From a bacterium (GTDB lineage: Bacteria > Hydrothermota > UBA3073 > JACQXS01 > JAQTXJ01), in NCBI GenBank assembly GCA_028716385.1, contig JAQUPX010000004.1, forward strand, positions 130,234 to 194,233: a stretch of DNA of 64,000 nt, in the 5' to 3' direction. Position numbers and translations under genes: made by a program. Shown one piece after another: positions 27,333 through 36,797 of this stretch. The notes beneath the pieces were generated by a model. The model was not told the DNA's origin. It saw nothing but the letters and a program-made list of their open reading frames with translations, and did no database searches. Within the stretch, counting starts at the first letter, position 1; every line of letters begins with the position of its first letter.

Positions 27333-28529
27333 GTGAAAATCATTATGAAAACGGAATTAGGTATTGATATATGTGTTAAAAATAAGTTTACGTTATTTAA
27401 GAATGAAAGGCTTGGACTATTAATAAACTCTGCGTCTGTAGATTCGGAACTCAGGTATACCCAGGATTTATTTATAAACAGAAAGTGCAAGGTTACTGCT
27501 TTATTTGGTCCTGAACATGGCATTAAGAGTGATGCGCAGGCTTTTATAAAGACAAAGGGAGTTTGCGACAAGAAAACAGGAATACCGATTTTTAGTCTTT
27601 ACGGTGAAACGCTTGAGCCGACAAGAGAAATGTTAAAAGGCATTGATATAATGGTAATAGACTTGCAGGATATAGGGACTCGTTATTATACGTATATATG
27701 GACAATGGCGCTTGTTATGAAAGCGTGCGCAAAATATAATAAAAAGGTTATAGTGTTAGATAGGCCGAACCCGATAAATGGAGTAATGCTTGAAGGCACG
27801 ATATTAAATACAAAATTATCTTCATTTGTGGGGATATATCCGATTCCTGTAAGACATGGAATGACAGTAGGGGAGTTAGCAAAAATGTTTAACGAAGAGT
27901 TTGAGATAGGCGCGAACCTTCAAGTTGTTAAAATGAAGAATTGGCAGAGAAAAATGTGGATGAATGAAACGAGATTGCATTGGGTATTGCCGTCGCCTAA
28001 TATGCCAACACTTGAAACTGCCACAGTATATGCGGGAATGTGTTTATTGGAAGGGACCAACATATCTGAAGGCAGGGGAACGACAAAGCCATTTGAAATC
28101 TTTGGTGCGCCGTGGATTAAAGAGGATGAGCTATGCAAAGAGTTGGAAAAAGAAAACTTACCGGGTGTTAAATTCAGACCTCTTTCTTTTATACCTGTTG
28201 CGGATAAGTTTAAGAAAGAGAGATGTGGTGGTGCGCAGATGCATATTCCGGATAGAAATGTTTTTTCAAGTTTTATTACGGGAATAAGTATAATTAAAAC
28301 GATAAAAAGATTATATCCTAAATTTTTTGAATGGAAGAAACCGCCTTATGAGCCTGTGATAGGGTATACGTTCCCGAACTCTATGCCGATTGATTTATTG
28401 GTAGGCAATTCTGATATAAGAACCCGGATAGATAAAAATTGTCTACCTTCAAAAGAAGTTTTGCAGAAAGAGTGGAAAAAGGGATTACTTAAGTTTGATG
28501 AAACAAGGGAAAAGTATTTGCTTTATTAG
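27333..28529 (+). CDS. DUF1343-family protein (NamZ-like exo-beta-N-acetylmuramidase family)
   Basis: The N-terminal …LGLLINSASVD…ALFGPEHG… segment is typical of DUF1343. Confidence 0.65.
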   Translation: MKIIMKTELGIDICVKNKFTLFKNERLGLLINSASVDSELRYTQDLFINRKCKVTALFGPEHGIKSDAQAFIKTKGVCDKKTGIPIFSLYGETLEPTREMLKGIDIMVIDLQDIGTRYYTYIWTMALVMKACAKYNKKVIVLDRPNPINGVMLEGTILNTKLSSFVGIYPIPVRHGMTVGELAKMFNEEFEIGANLQVVKMKNWQRKMWMNETRLHWVLPSPNMPTLETATVYAGMCLLEGTNISEGRGTTKPFEIFGAPWIKEDELCKELEKENLPGVKFRPLSFIPVADKFKKERCGGAQMHIPDRNVFSSFITGISIIKTIKRLYPKFFEWKKPPYEPVIGYTFPNSMPIDLLVGNSDIRTRIDKNCLPSKEVLQKEWKKGLLKFDETREKYLLY

Positions 28530-28541
28530 ATTGTAAATAAT

Positions 28542-28790
28542 ATGAAAAAATCAGAAGGAGAGGAATTTGTAATCATTTTTGAAGGGCAGCAAATGGATGC
28601 CATTTTTCTAAAGGGTTTATTAGAGCAAGAGGAAATCCCGGTATTTTTAAAAGATGAAATAATGGGAAGTATGTATCCGTCATTTGTTGTTGGGGGAGTT
28701 AAAGTTATTATCAGGAAAGAAGACCTTGAAAAGGCGCAGCCTATAATCAGGGAGTTTTCAGACAACCATTACGAAAAGCCACAGGATTAG
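28542..28790 (+). CDS. DUF2007-domain protein
   Basis: The 82-aa ORF has a small alpha/beta domain (…EIPVFLKDE…). Confidence 0.5.
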   Translation: MKKSEGEEFVIIFEGQQMDAIFLKGLLEQEEIPVFLKDEIMGSMYPSFVVGGVKVIIRKEDLEKAQPIIREFSDNHYEKPQD

Positions 28791-28798
28791 ATAATTTT

Positions 28799-31700
28799 CT
28801 ATTGCATAATCACAAATTTTCTGGTAGCGGTAAATTCACCGGCTTTTAGTTTATAGAAATAAACCCCCGAAGGCAATTTCTTCCTTTCCAGTTTCACTTT
28901 TTTATAACCCGGAGTTTCATATTTATTTACTAAGGTATTTACTTTTTGTCCTAATAAGTTGTAAACATTCAATTCGACCAATGAAGCTTCCGGAAGTGAA
29001 TATTTAATTTCCGTTTCTAGTTTAAATGGGTTGGGTTCATTAGAGAACAGTTCATATTTTCGTGGGAGTATCATTCCCGTATCTTCAACCCCAGGAGAAA
29101 GGAGCCATTCTACAATTCTGTGCATAAGTTCATTTCTTGTTGATGCCAAATCTATTGCTTCAAAGCCAAATGGCAGAGTAACTGTTTTCCAGAGTGCAGA
29201 ATTATAATTAAACGCAACTCCTGCATATCCTTCCCCTGTATAATCTTTATATTTGAAAATAGAATCTTTTACCCCGGGTCCACCAGTTTTAAGCGCTGAT
29301 TGCATAAACTGATTATTGGCCCCGGTTCCGCCTTCTATTGCAAAGGTAAGCCCATTGCTTATGTATTTTCCGTTTATTCCGATTACTGTATCTATATTAA
29401 TTCCGGTAATTACTTTATTGATTCCCAGTCTTGAAAAAATACCAACGTCAGATATTCCCTGACTGGACAAAAATAATTTTCCTTTATGAGGATAAAGATA
29501 AAGGTTTATATTGTTTTGTTCTTCCGTTGAAAAAGCAGTTGAATTGTAATATTCCGGTTCCCATAAAACACTATCGCAGGTTGTTCCTGTAAGCCAGATA
29601 ACAATAGAATATTGATTTAAGATGGAAGTATCGGGAGAGCCGTAACAAAATACATCCCACACATCGTAAGTATAGCTGTTAGCATCAAGCGCTTCGGTAT
29701 AGTATTTTTCATAAGGTTTTGTATTCCCTAATGGCGGTCTATTATAGTTATCATCATCTACGACAAGAATAGTAGCCGTTTTTGCAAATGTTTTTGTAGT
29801 AAATTCCATTAGATTGACGTATTGTTTTTTATTCCCGAGTTTATCTTTTGCCGTAAGGTTTACATTGTAAAACTTTTCCTGAGCAGTCGGTGTTATCCAT
29901 GAATTACCATAAATGTTATCTCCTGCCAGGATATCAGCATGTGTCCCATCATCGTAGAAATTAATGTTTGTTATGGTTGTTCCTATTGGGCTTTCAATAT
30001 TAACGACAACAGAATCCACTCCGGAGCCATCTATAAGTGTAGCTCTTAAAATAACCATAGAGCCTGCCGACAGTAAAGGTGAAATTACCGTTGGAGAATG
30101 CAAAAACGGACCTTTATCATCCGTAATTTCGAGGTCAATAGTATCTTTCCATTCTCCGACAGTTGAGTCGCGGAGTGTAAGAATTAGCGGGACGGTAGTG
30201 TCATACGCATCTTCAAAAATTTTTATTTTATAATTCTGAACGATTGTTTGTCCCGTATCAAGGGTGCCTAAGATATGTGTTGTATCCAATATTTTTATAT
30301 AAGATGGTGCAGTTAGTGTTCCCAATATACCATATATAGGGCAGATTCCTTTATTTTTAATCGTAATTTCTATATTTACCGAGTCGTTTGGCGATAGGAT
30401 AGTATCTGAACCTTGAATTTGCCAGTTATCTATCACAAGTGGGCCCATAGTAGTGAAGGTTGAGCCATTATTTATTAAAGTTGTATCTCCCAAATTATCT
30501 TTCGCAAAAACATCTATAAAATAATGTTTTCCACTTGAAGAAGTTTTCCATATATTCCCGTAAGTATGGTCATTAGACGAACCGTCATTATGTAATCCAT
30601 CGTCATAAAGTTGTATATTTGTGCATAAGCTTTCATCAGGAGATTCTATATCCGCACTAATTGTTTGTATTCCATCTTTATCATAACTATATGCGAGTAT
30701 CGTTACCGAATCTCCCGGGTTTACGACGGGTGGAATTGCTTTAATCCCATTAACAATAGGGCATTGAGGGAGGTATCCGTTATTGAATTGTGTTATTGCA
30801 TTTTGTGCATTTTTTTTCAAATCAGTTAAATTATCTGCACACACGACAGCAATTGTAAAATCTACTTCTTCGCCCGGTTGTAATAGAGTATAAGGTCCGG
30901 AAGAAGATAATTGTCTTACATCACGGGGGGTATCAATTGAGCAAAACGTTGTTTGTTTTAATTTTTCGTATTTTAATGAGTCTTGTCCGTCTCTATCCAC
31001 AAGGGAATCTGTTAGTGTCCACGATGAGAATCCGGTAAATCCAATATTCCCCGGGGTCTCACATAATATGCATCCTATATATCCGGCGGTAGTTTTCCAA
31101 TCTTTCTCATAGCCATCGGAATCAAAAGAATAACCAAGGTTTAATGTTTTATCATACCCTATTAAGTCATCATTACATCCCCCGCCGATAGTATCATATC
31201 CTATGTCATTATCCATAAAATATCCGAAATATACATTTTTCAGGGGGAACGAATTCATATTTTTAATTTTATAATTGATATAAATATAGTTTTTATTTTC
31301 CGGCATATTAAACGAGTAAGTTCTTTGTTCCACTCTTATACCGAGTCCCATACTGCCATAAGGCCCTATATCGTTAACCCATATAACCATTGCATCTTCT
31401 GCCGGAATCCAGTCTCCGGAAACGGCGTAAGTATCTTCATTTGAAATAATATCTCCTTTTGCGGGGTCAAGTTGCATGTCCATAGGTCGGCGCGAGTTTA
31501 TAGTTGTATCTGCAAAACACCATAATGCCTGATAGGCTTCTTTGGACATACCGGGTTGTTTAAAAACAAGATTCCCCTCGTGTGTATACCCGTGAGGTAA
31601 TAATTGACTGCTGAACGTTAATCCTTTGACTCCAATATCTCCTGCTTCGCCGGCATTTTGAAGTTCAGGAATGGACATTGCGCCAATATCAGATTGATAA

Positions 31701-32149
31701 GCACCTCTACTTAAATTTGGTGTCCATACTGTGTCTCCGCTTGAAGAGTCCACAACGGGATATAGGGCGCCAATCCAAGGGCCTGCTTCATAAACATAAT
31801 ATTGTTGGGAATCAGCAGGGTATTCACCTGTTTTTCCACGTGTTAGCGAATTATTATAATATACTGACATTCTTGTTTGCTGTTCATATGATGCATCGTA
31901 TTTACTTATAGAATCAGTTGGGGGGCGAGCAAATAAGCCACCCTGGAGTGTATTTGAAACAGTCCAGTCGCGTAGATTACCAACTCCCGTCCAGTATAAT
32001 ACCCACCAGTCTGCAGGTTTATCAGTAATTATGCCTTTGTTATGAATTGTTTTTTTATTTAATTCTAATTTGCTTGAGTTATAGCACCATCCGGTATTTA
32101 TGCAAAAATTAGAAATTAAAATTGCCAATAAAATTTTACCTTTTTTCAT
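28799..32149 (-). CDS. large secreted multidomain protein with T9SS (Por) C-terminal sorting domain
   Basis: It has a signal peptide, a GGGAGG Shine-Dalgarno upstream, and a C-terminal …NPFKLETEIKYSLPEASLVELNVYNLLGQKV…GVYFYKLKAG…ATRKFVIMQ segment that matches the Por_Secre_tail pattern. Confidence 0.6.
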   Translation of the reverse strand: MKKGKILLAILISNFCINTGWCYNSSKLELNKKTIHNKGIITDKPADWWVLYWTGVGNLRDWTVSNTLQGGLFARPPTDSISKYDASYEQQTRMSVYYNNSLTRGKTGEYPADSQQYYVYEAGPWIGALYPVVDSSSGDTVWTPNLSRGAYQSDIGAMSIPELQNAGEAGDIGVKGLTFSSQLLPHGYTHEGNLVFKQPGMSKEAYQALWCFADTTINSRRPMDMQLDPAKGDIISNEDTYAVSGDWIPAEDAMVIWVNDIGPYGSMGLGIRVEQRTYSFNMPENKNYIYINYKIKNMNSFPLKNVYFGYFMDNDIGYDTIGGGCNDDLIGYDKTLNLGYSFDSDGYEKDWKTTAGYIGCILCETPGNIGFTGFSSWTLTDSLVDRDGQDSLKYEKLKQTTFCSIDTPRDVRQLSSSGPYTLLQPGEEVDFTIAVVCADNLTDLKKNAQNAITQFNNGYLPQCPIVNGIKAIPPVVNPGDSVTILAYSYDKDGIQTISADIESPDESLCTNIQLYDDGLHNDGSSNDHTYGNIWKTSSSGKHYFIDVFAKDNLGDTTLINNGSTFTTMGPLVIDNWQIQGSDTILSPNDSVNIEITIKNKGICPIYGILGTLTAPSYIKILDTTHILGTLDTGQTIVQNYKIKIFEDAYDTTVPLILTLRDSTVGEWKDTIDLEITDDKGPFLHSPTVISPLLSAGSMVILRATLIDGSGVDSVVVNIESPIGTTITNINFYDDGTHADILAGDNIYGNSWITPTAQEKFYNVNLTAKDKLGNKKQYVNLMEFTTKTFAKTATILVVDDDNYNRPPLGNTKPYEKYYTEALDANSYTYDVWDVFCYGSPDTSILNQYSIVIWLTGTTCDSVLWEPEYYNSTAFSTEEQNNINLYLYPHKGKLFLSSQGISDVGIFSRLGINKVITGINIDTVIGINGKYISNGLTFAIEGGTGANNQFMQSALKTGGPGVKDSIFKYKDYTGEGYAGVAFNYNSALWKTVTLPFGFEAIDLASTRNELMHRIVEWLLSPGVEDTGMILPRKYELFSNEPNPFKLETEIKYSLPEASLVELNVYNLLGQKVNTLVNKYETPGYKKVKLERKKLPSGVYFYKLKAGEFTATRKFVIMQ

Positions 32150-32252
32150 AAGATTCCTCCCTGAAATATTTTATTTAATATATTGTAGTATTTATATTTG
32201 GCAACTTATTTATTTGGAGGAATTTTCAGAATATAAAAAAGGTAATTATTTT

Positions 32253-34787
32253 CTACCTCATCAGCACAAGTTTTTGAGTTTCTCTATAGTTACCTGCCTG
32301 AAATTTAGCAAAATAGATACCCGATTTTAGTTTTTCCGAATTTATTTCTGACGTATAATGACCTAAATTTTTTATTTCATTCACCAATGTTTTTACGCAT
32401 CTGCCGGAGATATCGTATAGTTTTAAAGACACGTTAGTTGCGGTTGGCAAATAATAGCTAATGGTTGTTGATTTCGAGAACGGGTTCGGATAATTCTTAT
32501 ATAGTGTGAAGACTTTATCGGTTGTTTTTTCCTCAAAAGCCGGGCCGTGTTTCGAGGAATAACATACATAAGCATTTATCATCAAGTCACCCGGTAATTT
32601 TTTATTCTTTCCATAATCTAGCGTCCAGCCTGTATCCGTAGCCGTATAATCGTAATAATTAACAACATTTTCATAAGTCACATTTTTGGAGTGGCTTGAG
32701 TCCGTGCATAATGCAATACCCAACCATTGAGATGGATGTGGGGAGGAGACGGTTATGTAAAATTCCTCATCCATTGCGATAGAAGAGTCGAAATCAATGT
32801 ATTCCCAATCCGGGGAAAAATGAGATGCCGTAATTTGTTTCTGACAAACAAGGGAGGTAGGGTATCCTTCATAGTCATCCGTATATACTGAGATTACAAG
32901 GTCTGTTGAATTGGATGTGCTATCTTTATATAGCATTACGCGGGCTTTTTTTAGCGTGCAAAGTTCTGCAGGCTGGAATCTTACGGCATAACTCCAGATA
33001 CTATCAGGATTTCCTCTGTATCCCGGGTAATAATGGTATTGAGGAAAACTATCGTCATATGCTAAAAGATACAATCCTGTATCCGGCTCAACTATTCCGA
33101 CAGAATCAAAAGCAGCTTTTATTACGGATTCAATATTGGAATAGGCTGATGGATAAAGGTCAATAGCGGATTGGATTAATGAATATCTTAAATCAATAAA
33201 ATATGAAGTCTGGACAAGGTAAGTTGTTAATGCCCTATACCATAGTTGTTCGGTTGTATCTTTAGTGATTAAGTTACTCATAAGGTAGCCTGCGTGAGCG
33301 GGGATTAGCATATTATAATGAACTCCTCCATTATCCGTACTGGAGTTTTTGGGATAATATATATATTCTCTCATATGGACAGGAAGTGGTCTTGTCCCGC
33401 CACCCCCATTGTGAGGATTTGTCAAATCTCTTAATGCATCTCCCGGGGTTCCGGGGGTATAACAGTCTTCTCCTGTGAGCCAGTCTTCTCTATCAATCAT
33501 ACAACCGAAGAAATCCGAGAATGCTTCATTAAGTGCGCCGTGTTGTCCAAGATATACAAGGTCTGCGGTTGATTGGATTACGGCGTGAGTCATTTCATGT
33601 GCCGTAACATCGAGAGCTCCTGCAAGACAGGAGAGCAAAGAGTCGTCACCATCTCCGAAAACCATATATCTACCATTCCAGGAAGCATTATTATAATTAT
33701 GCAAGTAGTGGACTACGCTTAATAGTGAAGCACCCGAATCATTCCAGCTATTCCTGTCGAAGGTGTTGTAATAGTATGTGTAAACGCTATCCATATTATA
33801 TTGTGCGCTTACTCCTGCGGGCAAACGTGAATTGTCATTGAAATTTTTATCTCCGTTAGGGTCTACTATAAGAGTCGCGGAATCAGTTCGCCACTTGTCA
33901 TGACAATCCCATGCGCTTATTGTCCCGTTGGTGTAGTTTTTTCGTAACGTATCGCGGTTAGGTAAAGCTCCTTGCCACATTGGTTTTGAGACATTGACAA
34001 GATAGTAATTATCGGACGATTGGTATATACTGAGATTTACGGTATCTCCGTTAACAAGAATACCCGTTCCGTCCGTTTCGCCATCGTATTTAATATTATC
34101 GTATTTGAATATAACGTTAGGATTTTTTGCATCTATAAAATATTCCCAGTCTCCCTGTGGAAATTCGGTTTTTAGGTTTACATTCCATACAAGAAAGTAT
34201 TGGCCATTAGTATTATAAATAGTGAGTTTACAGGTTGGCTCTTGTAAAAAATCCCCGGTATGTTTTAAGTCTTCTTTAGCTTTTGCAATGGCCATTTGTG
34301 CCGGAACCGTTGGAGTTACGTCAATAGTGGGGGTGGGCTCATACCTACCGTTAACCAGATATATATTGGAATTTTTATCAAAATGGACTATAAGTTGGCT
34401 TGCCCATATAGGAACTTCTTTATAGTACTGGTCTAATTTTAGATGAGTCATTCCTAATTTGTCTTTATTTTGAGTATGTAATTTTAATTCACTTGTGGGG
34501 TCGCTTAGTTTGAAAAGTTCCTTATATTTTCCTATAAATTCAATTGCATTTGCCATTTTATCTGCTTTAGACGTAGTTGAAAAGGTACCTTTTAGAAAAG
34601 TGAGGGTACCATTATCTCCATTAAATTTAACGTCTATTTTTTGTTTAGAATCATTTTTTAATGTCTGTATTAAAGTTTCTTGATTATTTACCGGTTCTTT
34701 TTTATTTTGGGGTAGTTTTTTACTCATACCGTATAAAGAAACCGTAGATAGGCAGATAATAAAAAGATACAACGATATTTTATTCAT
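32253..34787 (-). CDS. M4 (thermolysin-like) zinc metalloprotease with propeptide and T9SS C-terminal sorting domain
   Basis: VTAHEMTHAV…NEAFSD matches the thermolysin HExxH…E zinc motif. The C-terminus is NPFSKSTTISYYLPTATNVSLKLYDISGRCV…GIYFAKFQAGNYRETQKLVLMR. The start was set at the internal ATG at 34787, which has AAGGAGG 5 nt upstream and a signal peptide MNKISLYLFIICL; the ORF track extends to 34853. Confidence 0.8.
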   Translation of the reverse strand: MNKISLYLFIICLSTVSLYGMSKKLPQNKKEPVNNQETLIQTLKNDSKQKIDVKFNGDNGTLTFLKGTFSTTSKADKMANAIEFIGKYKELFKLSDPTSELKLHTQNKDKLGMTHLKLDQYYKEVPIWASQLIVHFDKNSNIYLVNGRYEPTPTIDVTPTVPAQMAIAKAKEDLKHTGDFLQEPTCKLTIYNTNGQYFLVWNVNLKTEFPQGDWEYFIDAKNPNVIFKYDNIKYDGETDGTGILVNGDTVNLSIYQSSDNYYLVNVSKPMWQGALPNRDTLRKNYTNGTISAWDCHDKWRTDSATLIVDPNGDKNFNDNSRLPAGVSAQYNMDSVYTYYYNTFDRNSWNDSGASLLSVVHYLHNYNNASWNGRYMVFGDGDDSLLSCLAGALDVTAHEMTHAVIQSTADLVYLGQHGALNEAFSDFFGCMIDREDWLTGEDCYTPGTPGDALRDLTNPHNGGGGTRPLPVHMREYIYYPKNSSTDNGGVHYNMLIPAHAGYLMSNLITKDTTEQLWYRALTTYLVQTSYFIDLRYSLIQSAIDLYPSAYSNIESVIKAAFDSVGIVEPDTGLYLLAYDDSFPQYHYYPGYRGNPDSIWSYAVRFQPAELCTLKKARVMLYKDSTSNSTDLVISVYTDDYEGYPTSLVCQKQITASHFSPDWEYIDFDSSIAMDEEFYITVSSPHPSQWLGIALCTDSSHSKNVTYENVVNYYDYTATDTGWTLDYGKNKKLPGDLMINAYVCYSSKHGPAFEEKTTDKVFTLYKNYPNPFSKSTTISYYLPTATNVSLKLYDISGRCVKTLVNEIKNLGHYTSEINSEKLKSGIYFAKFQAGNYRETQKLVLMR

Positions 34788-34979
34788 TCGACCTCCTTTT
34801 TTAAATAGTGAGTTTATAAATATATATGTGTGGCGAAATAGGTGTCTTGTCAATGCCTTTTATTTGTTTTTTCGTGGAATAAACATTAAGAATTATTGAT
34901 AAATAATTAAGTTGACAGTTAAGAATATTTTTTTAATATGTAAAATTAAATAAGGATAAAGGGAAAAATAAAAAATGAT

Positions 34980-35033
34980 GCCCCTGTAGCTCAGATGGAT
35001 ACCTGCCTGCCGGCAGGCAGGGAGCACCGGTTT
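34980..35033 (+). pseudogene. partial 5' copy of tRNA-Arg (acceptor, D-arm, 5' anticodon stem) interrupted by a 20-nt perfect palindrome
   Basis: gcccctgtagctcagatggata + [cctgcctgccggcaggcagg] + gagcaccggttt is identical to tRNA positions 1-33 apart from the insertion at 35002-35021. It diverges after the anticodon stem. Confidence 0.75.
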
Positions 35034-35046
35034 AAGGCGGTAATAG

Positions 35047-35310
35047 TTGACAAATATGTATGTTTATGTAATAACAAACGATAAGAAAAGAATATATGTT
35101 GGAATGTCAAAAGACCCTAAAAATCGTTTAATAGAACATAATGCAGGGAAAACAAAGTCAACAAAAGGATTTAGACCATGGAAGTTGATGTATATTCAAG
35201 AATGTAAAGATCGGGTGGAAGGAAGAAAACTTGAGAAAAACTTAAAATCCGGATCAAAAAAGGAAGAATTAAAAAAGATGTTAAAATGCCCCTGTAGCTC
35301 AGATGGATAG
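35047..35310 (+). CDS. small GIY-YIG nuclease-domain protein (YhbQ/UPF0213-like)
   Basis: The 87-aa ORF carries YVYVITNDKKRIYVGMSKDPKNRLIEHNAG, the GIY-x10-YVG…R…E…N core. Its 3' end overlaps the first 23 nt of the tRNA. Confidence 0.72.
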   Translation: MTNMYVYVITNDKKRIYVGMSKDPKNRLIEHNAGKTKSTKGFRPWKLMYIQECKDRVEGRKLEKNLKSGSKKEELKKMLKCPCSSDG

Positions 35311-35361
35311 AGCACCGGTTTCCTAAATCGGTTGTCGCGCGTTCGACTCGCGCCAGGGGTA
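35288..35361 (+). tRNA. tRNA-Arg (anticodon CCU)
   Basis: Manual fold gives a 7-bp acceptor gcccctg/caggggt, D-arm gctc-agatggata-gagc, anticodon stem ccggt/atcgg with loop ttCCTaa, V-loop ttgtc and T-arm gcgcg-ttcgact-cgcgc. CCA is not encoded. Confidence 0.85.
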
Positions 35362-35412
35362 GTATTAAAAATTAATCCGCCTGAGGCGGAGCAAAAATAA
35401 AAAGGGGTTAAA

Positions 35413-36720
35413 ATGAAAGCATATATAGAAAAAATTGCGGATTATAAGGATAAAGAGGTAGAAATTAGTGGCTGGTTGTATAACAAACGTTCAAGCGGGA
35501 AAATACATTTTCTTGAAGTTCGTGACGGGACCGGATTTATACAGGTAGTTGTGGTAAAAGGACAGGTAGATGAAGGGGTGTTTGAACTTTGCGATAAAAT
35601 TTCACAGGAATCTTCAATTAAAGTTGTTGGTAATGTCAGGGAAGAACCTCGCGCGCCGGGAGGATACGAATTAGACTTGAAATCCATCCAGGTTATAGCG
35701 CAGGCAGAGGTTTACCCGTTACAGAAAAAAGAGCATGGCATTGATTTCCTTTTATCGAACAGGCATTTATGGCTCAGGTCAAAAGCGCCGTGGGCAATTA
35801 TCAGAATCAGAGACGAAGTAATTCGTAGTATTATAGATTTTTTTCACTCAAAAGACTTTATTAAATTAGATGCTCCTATTTTTACCCCTTCTGCCTGTGA
35901 AGGCACTACGACTCTTTTTGAGGTCCCTTATTTTGACCAGAAAGTTTATTTATCTCAATCTGGCCAGTTGTATGGGGAAGCAGGATGTATGGCATTTAAT
36001 AAGATATATACATTCGGACCTACTTTCCGTGCGGAAGCTTCCAAGACTCGTAGGCATCTTACCGAGTTCTGGCAAATAGAACCTGAAGTTGCTTATGCAA
36101 AGCTTGATGACATTATGGAGTTAGCAGAACAATTTGTGACTTATATAGTCCAGAGAGTCCTTGCAAATAGGCAGAAAGAACTTAAAATGTTAGAAAGAGA
36201 TGTTACTATACTTGAAAAAATAAAAGTGCCTTTTTATCGTATAAGCTACAGTGAGGCAATTGAAATGGTTAAAAAACAGTCTGTTTCAGGGGGGGAAGTC
36301 CCTATACTTCAATGGGGAGATGATTTTGGGGCTCCACAGGAAACATATATAGCTTCTCAATTTGATAAACCAGTTTTTGTGCATCGTTATCCTACAAAAT
36401 GTAAAGCATTTTATATGAAACCTGACCCTGAAAACCCTGATGTTGTGTTATGTACGGATTTGCTTGCTTCCGAAGGTTATGGAGAAATAATAGGTGGCTC
36501 GCAAAGAGAAGAAAATATACAAGCATTAGAGAAAAAAATAGAAAAAGAAGGCTTGCCCAAAGAAGCCCATGAATGGTATCTTGATTTAAGAAGATATGGT
36601 TCTGTCCCACATTCGGGATTTGGACTTGGTCTTGAAAGATTAGTAACTTGGATATGTGGATTACATCATATTCGTGAAACGATACCATTTCCAAGAACTA
36701 TAGATAGGGTGTCCCCATAA
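35413..36720 (+). CDS. asnS: asparagine--tRNA ligase (class IIb; could be an archaeal-type AspRS)
   Basis: It has an N-terminal OB anticodon-binding domain and the class II motifs FRAEASKTRRHLTEFWQIEPE and GGSQREE. Its length of 435 aa is typical of short AsnRS. Confidence 0.72.
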   Translation: MKAYIEKIADYKDKEVEISGWLYNKRSSGKIHFLEVRDGTGFIQVVVVKGQVDEGVFELCDKISQESSIKVVGNVREEPRAPGGYELDLKSIQVIAQAEVYPLQKKEHGIDFLLSNRHLWLRSKAPWAIIRIRDEVIRSIIDFFHSKDFIKLDAPIFTPSACEGTTTLFEVPYFDQKVYLSQSGQLYGEAGCMAFNKIYTFGPTFRAEASKTRRHLTEFWQIEPEVAYAKLDDIMELAEQFVTYIVQRVLANRQKELKMLERDVTILEKIKVPFYRISYSEAIEMVKKQSVSGGEVPILQWGDDFGAPQETYIASQFDKPVFVHRYPTKCKAFYMKPDPENPDVVLCTDLLASEGYGEIIGGSQREENIQALEKKIEKEGLPKEAHEWYLDLRRYGSVPHSGFGLGLERLVTWICGLHHIRETIPFPRTIDRVSP

Positions 36721-36797
36721 CAAAATCAAATATCAAAATGTAAAAATCAAAAATTAGAAACAATAAAATTTTAAATCGTTTTTATTAGGAGTAAAAT

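Noticed and set aside
35002-35288. A group I/II intron or an intron-containing tRNA.
   Set aside because: The tRNA at 35288-35361 is complete and uninterrupted. The upstream segment is a separate partial copy, and no intron-like structure is present.
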